A stretch of 64,000 nt of DNA, from positions 463,751-527,750 of the forward strand of contig OZ037773.1 of the NCBI GenBank assembly GCA_964035545.1. The letters are read 5' to 3'. The position numbers and the translations under genes are program-made. Within the stretch, counting starts at the first letter, position 1; every line of letters begins with the position of its first letter. The notes beneath the pieces are model-generated. The model saw only the letters and a list, made by a program, of their open reading frames with translations. It made no database searches and was not told the DNA's origin. Source of the DNA: Bugula neritina (lineage: Eukaryota > Animalia > Bryozoa). Below are positions 63,886 to 64,000 of this stretch, piece after piece.

Positions 63886-64000
63886 CTGCAAAAATAAATT
63901 GAGTGTAACATTGTTAGTTAGCATGCATGAGTTACTAACACAATTGTAAAATACAGGGTGAGGCCACGCCCCACCCACACCGCTTGCCAAGTGCAGTGAA

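Overview
AT-rich, intron-rich eukaryotic DNA, most consistent with an invertebrate animal; the taxon cannot be fixed from sequence alone. Host genes reconstructed by hand from splice sites: a large multi-exon minus-strand gene for an unrecognised low-complexity protein (~0.2-22.6 kb), a complete 7-exon TRIM gene (RING, two B-boxes, coiled coil, beta-propeller; 24121-28532, minus), a SOCS4/5-type gene (50423-56249, plus), a p24/TMED7-TMED3-type gene (58232-60892, minus) and the 3' end of an IRF2BP-family gene (62397-63885, minus). The centre holds a triple nest: a Ty3/gypsy element (29095-40632) contains a second, integrase-deleted gypsy element in its gag (29959-33967), which contains a hAT MITE. 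An internally deleted, intron-bearing P element (THAP9 type) follows at 41572-44779. The best candidate for an undescribed system is the third ORF of the outer gypsy element. It sits in the env position but encodes a zinc-finger / Arg-Ser-Pro / coiled-coil protein, and it has an in-frame splice path from the first ATG after the PBS (donor 29478, branch point TACTAAC 39220, acceptor 39245). It stays intact while gag-pol is broken. Also notable are the apparently unprocessed right end of the integrase-less inner element and intronic minisatellites that amplify splice-site sequences. All coordinates were counted by eye and no database search was run.
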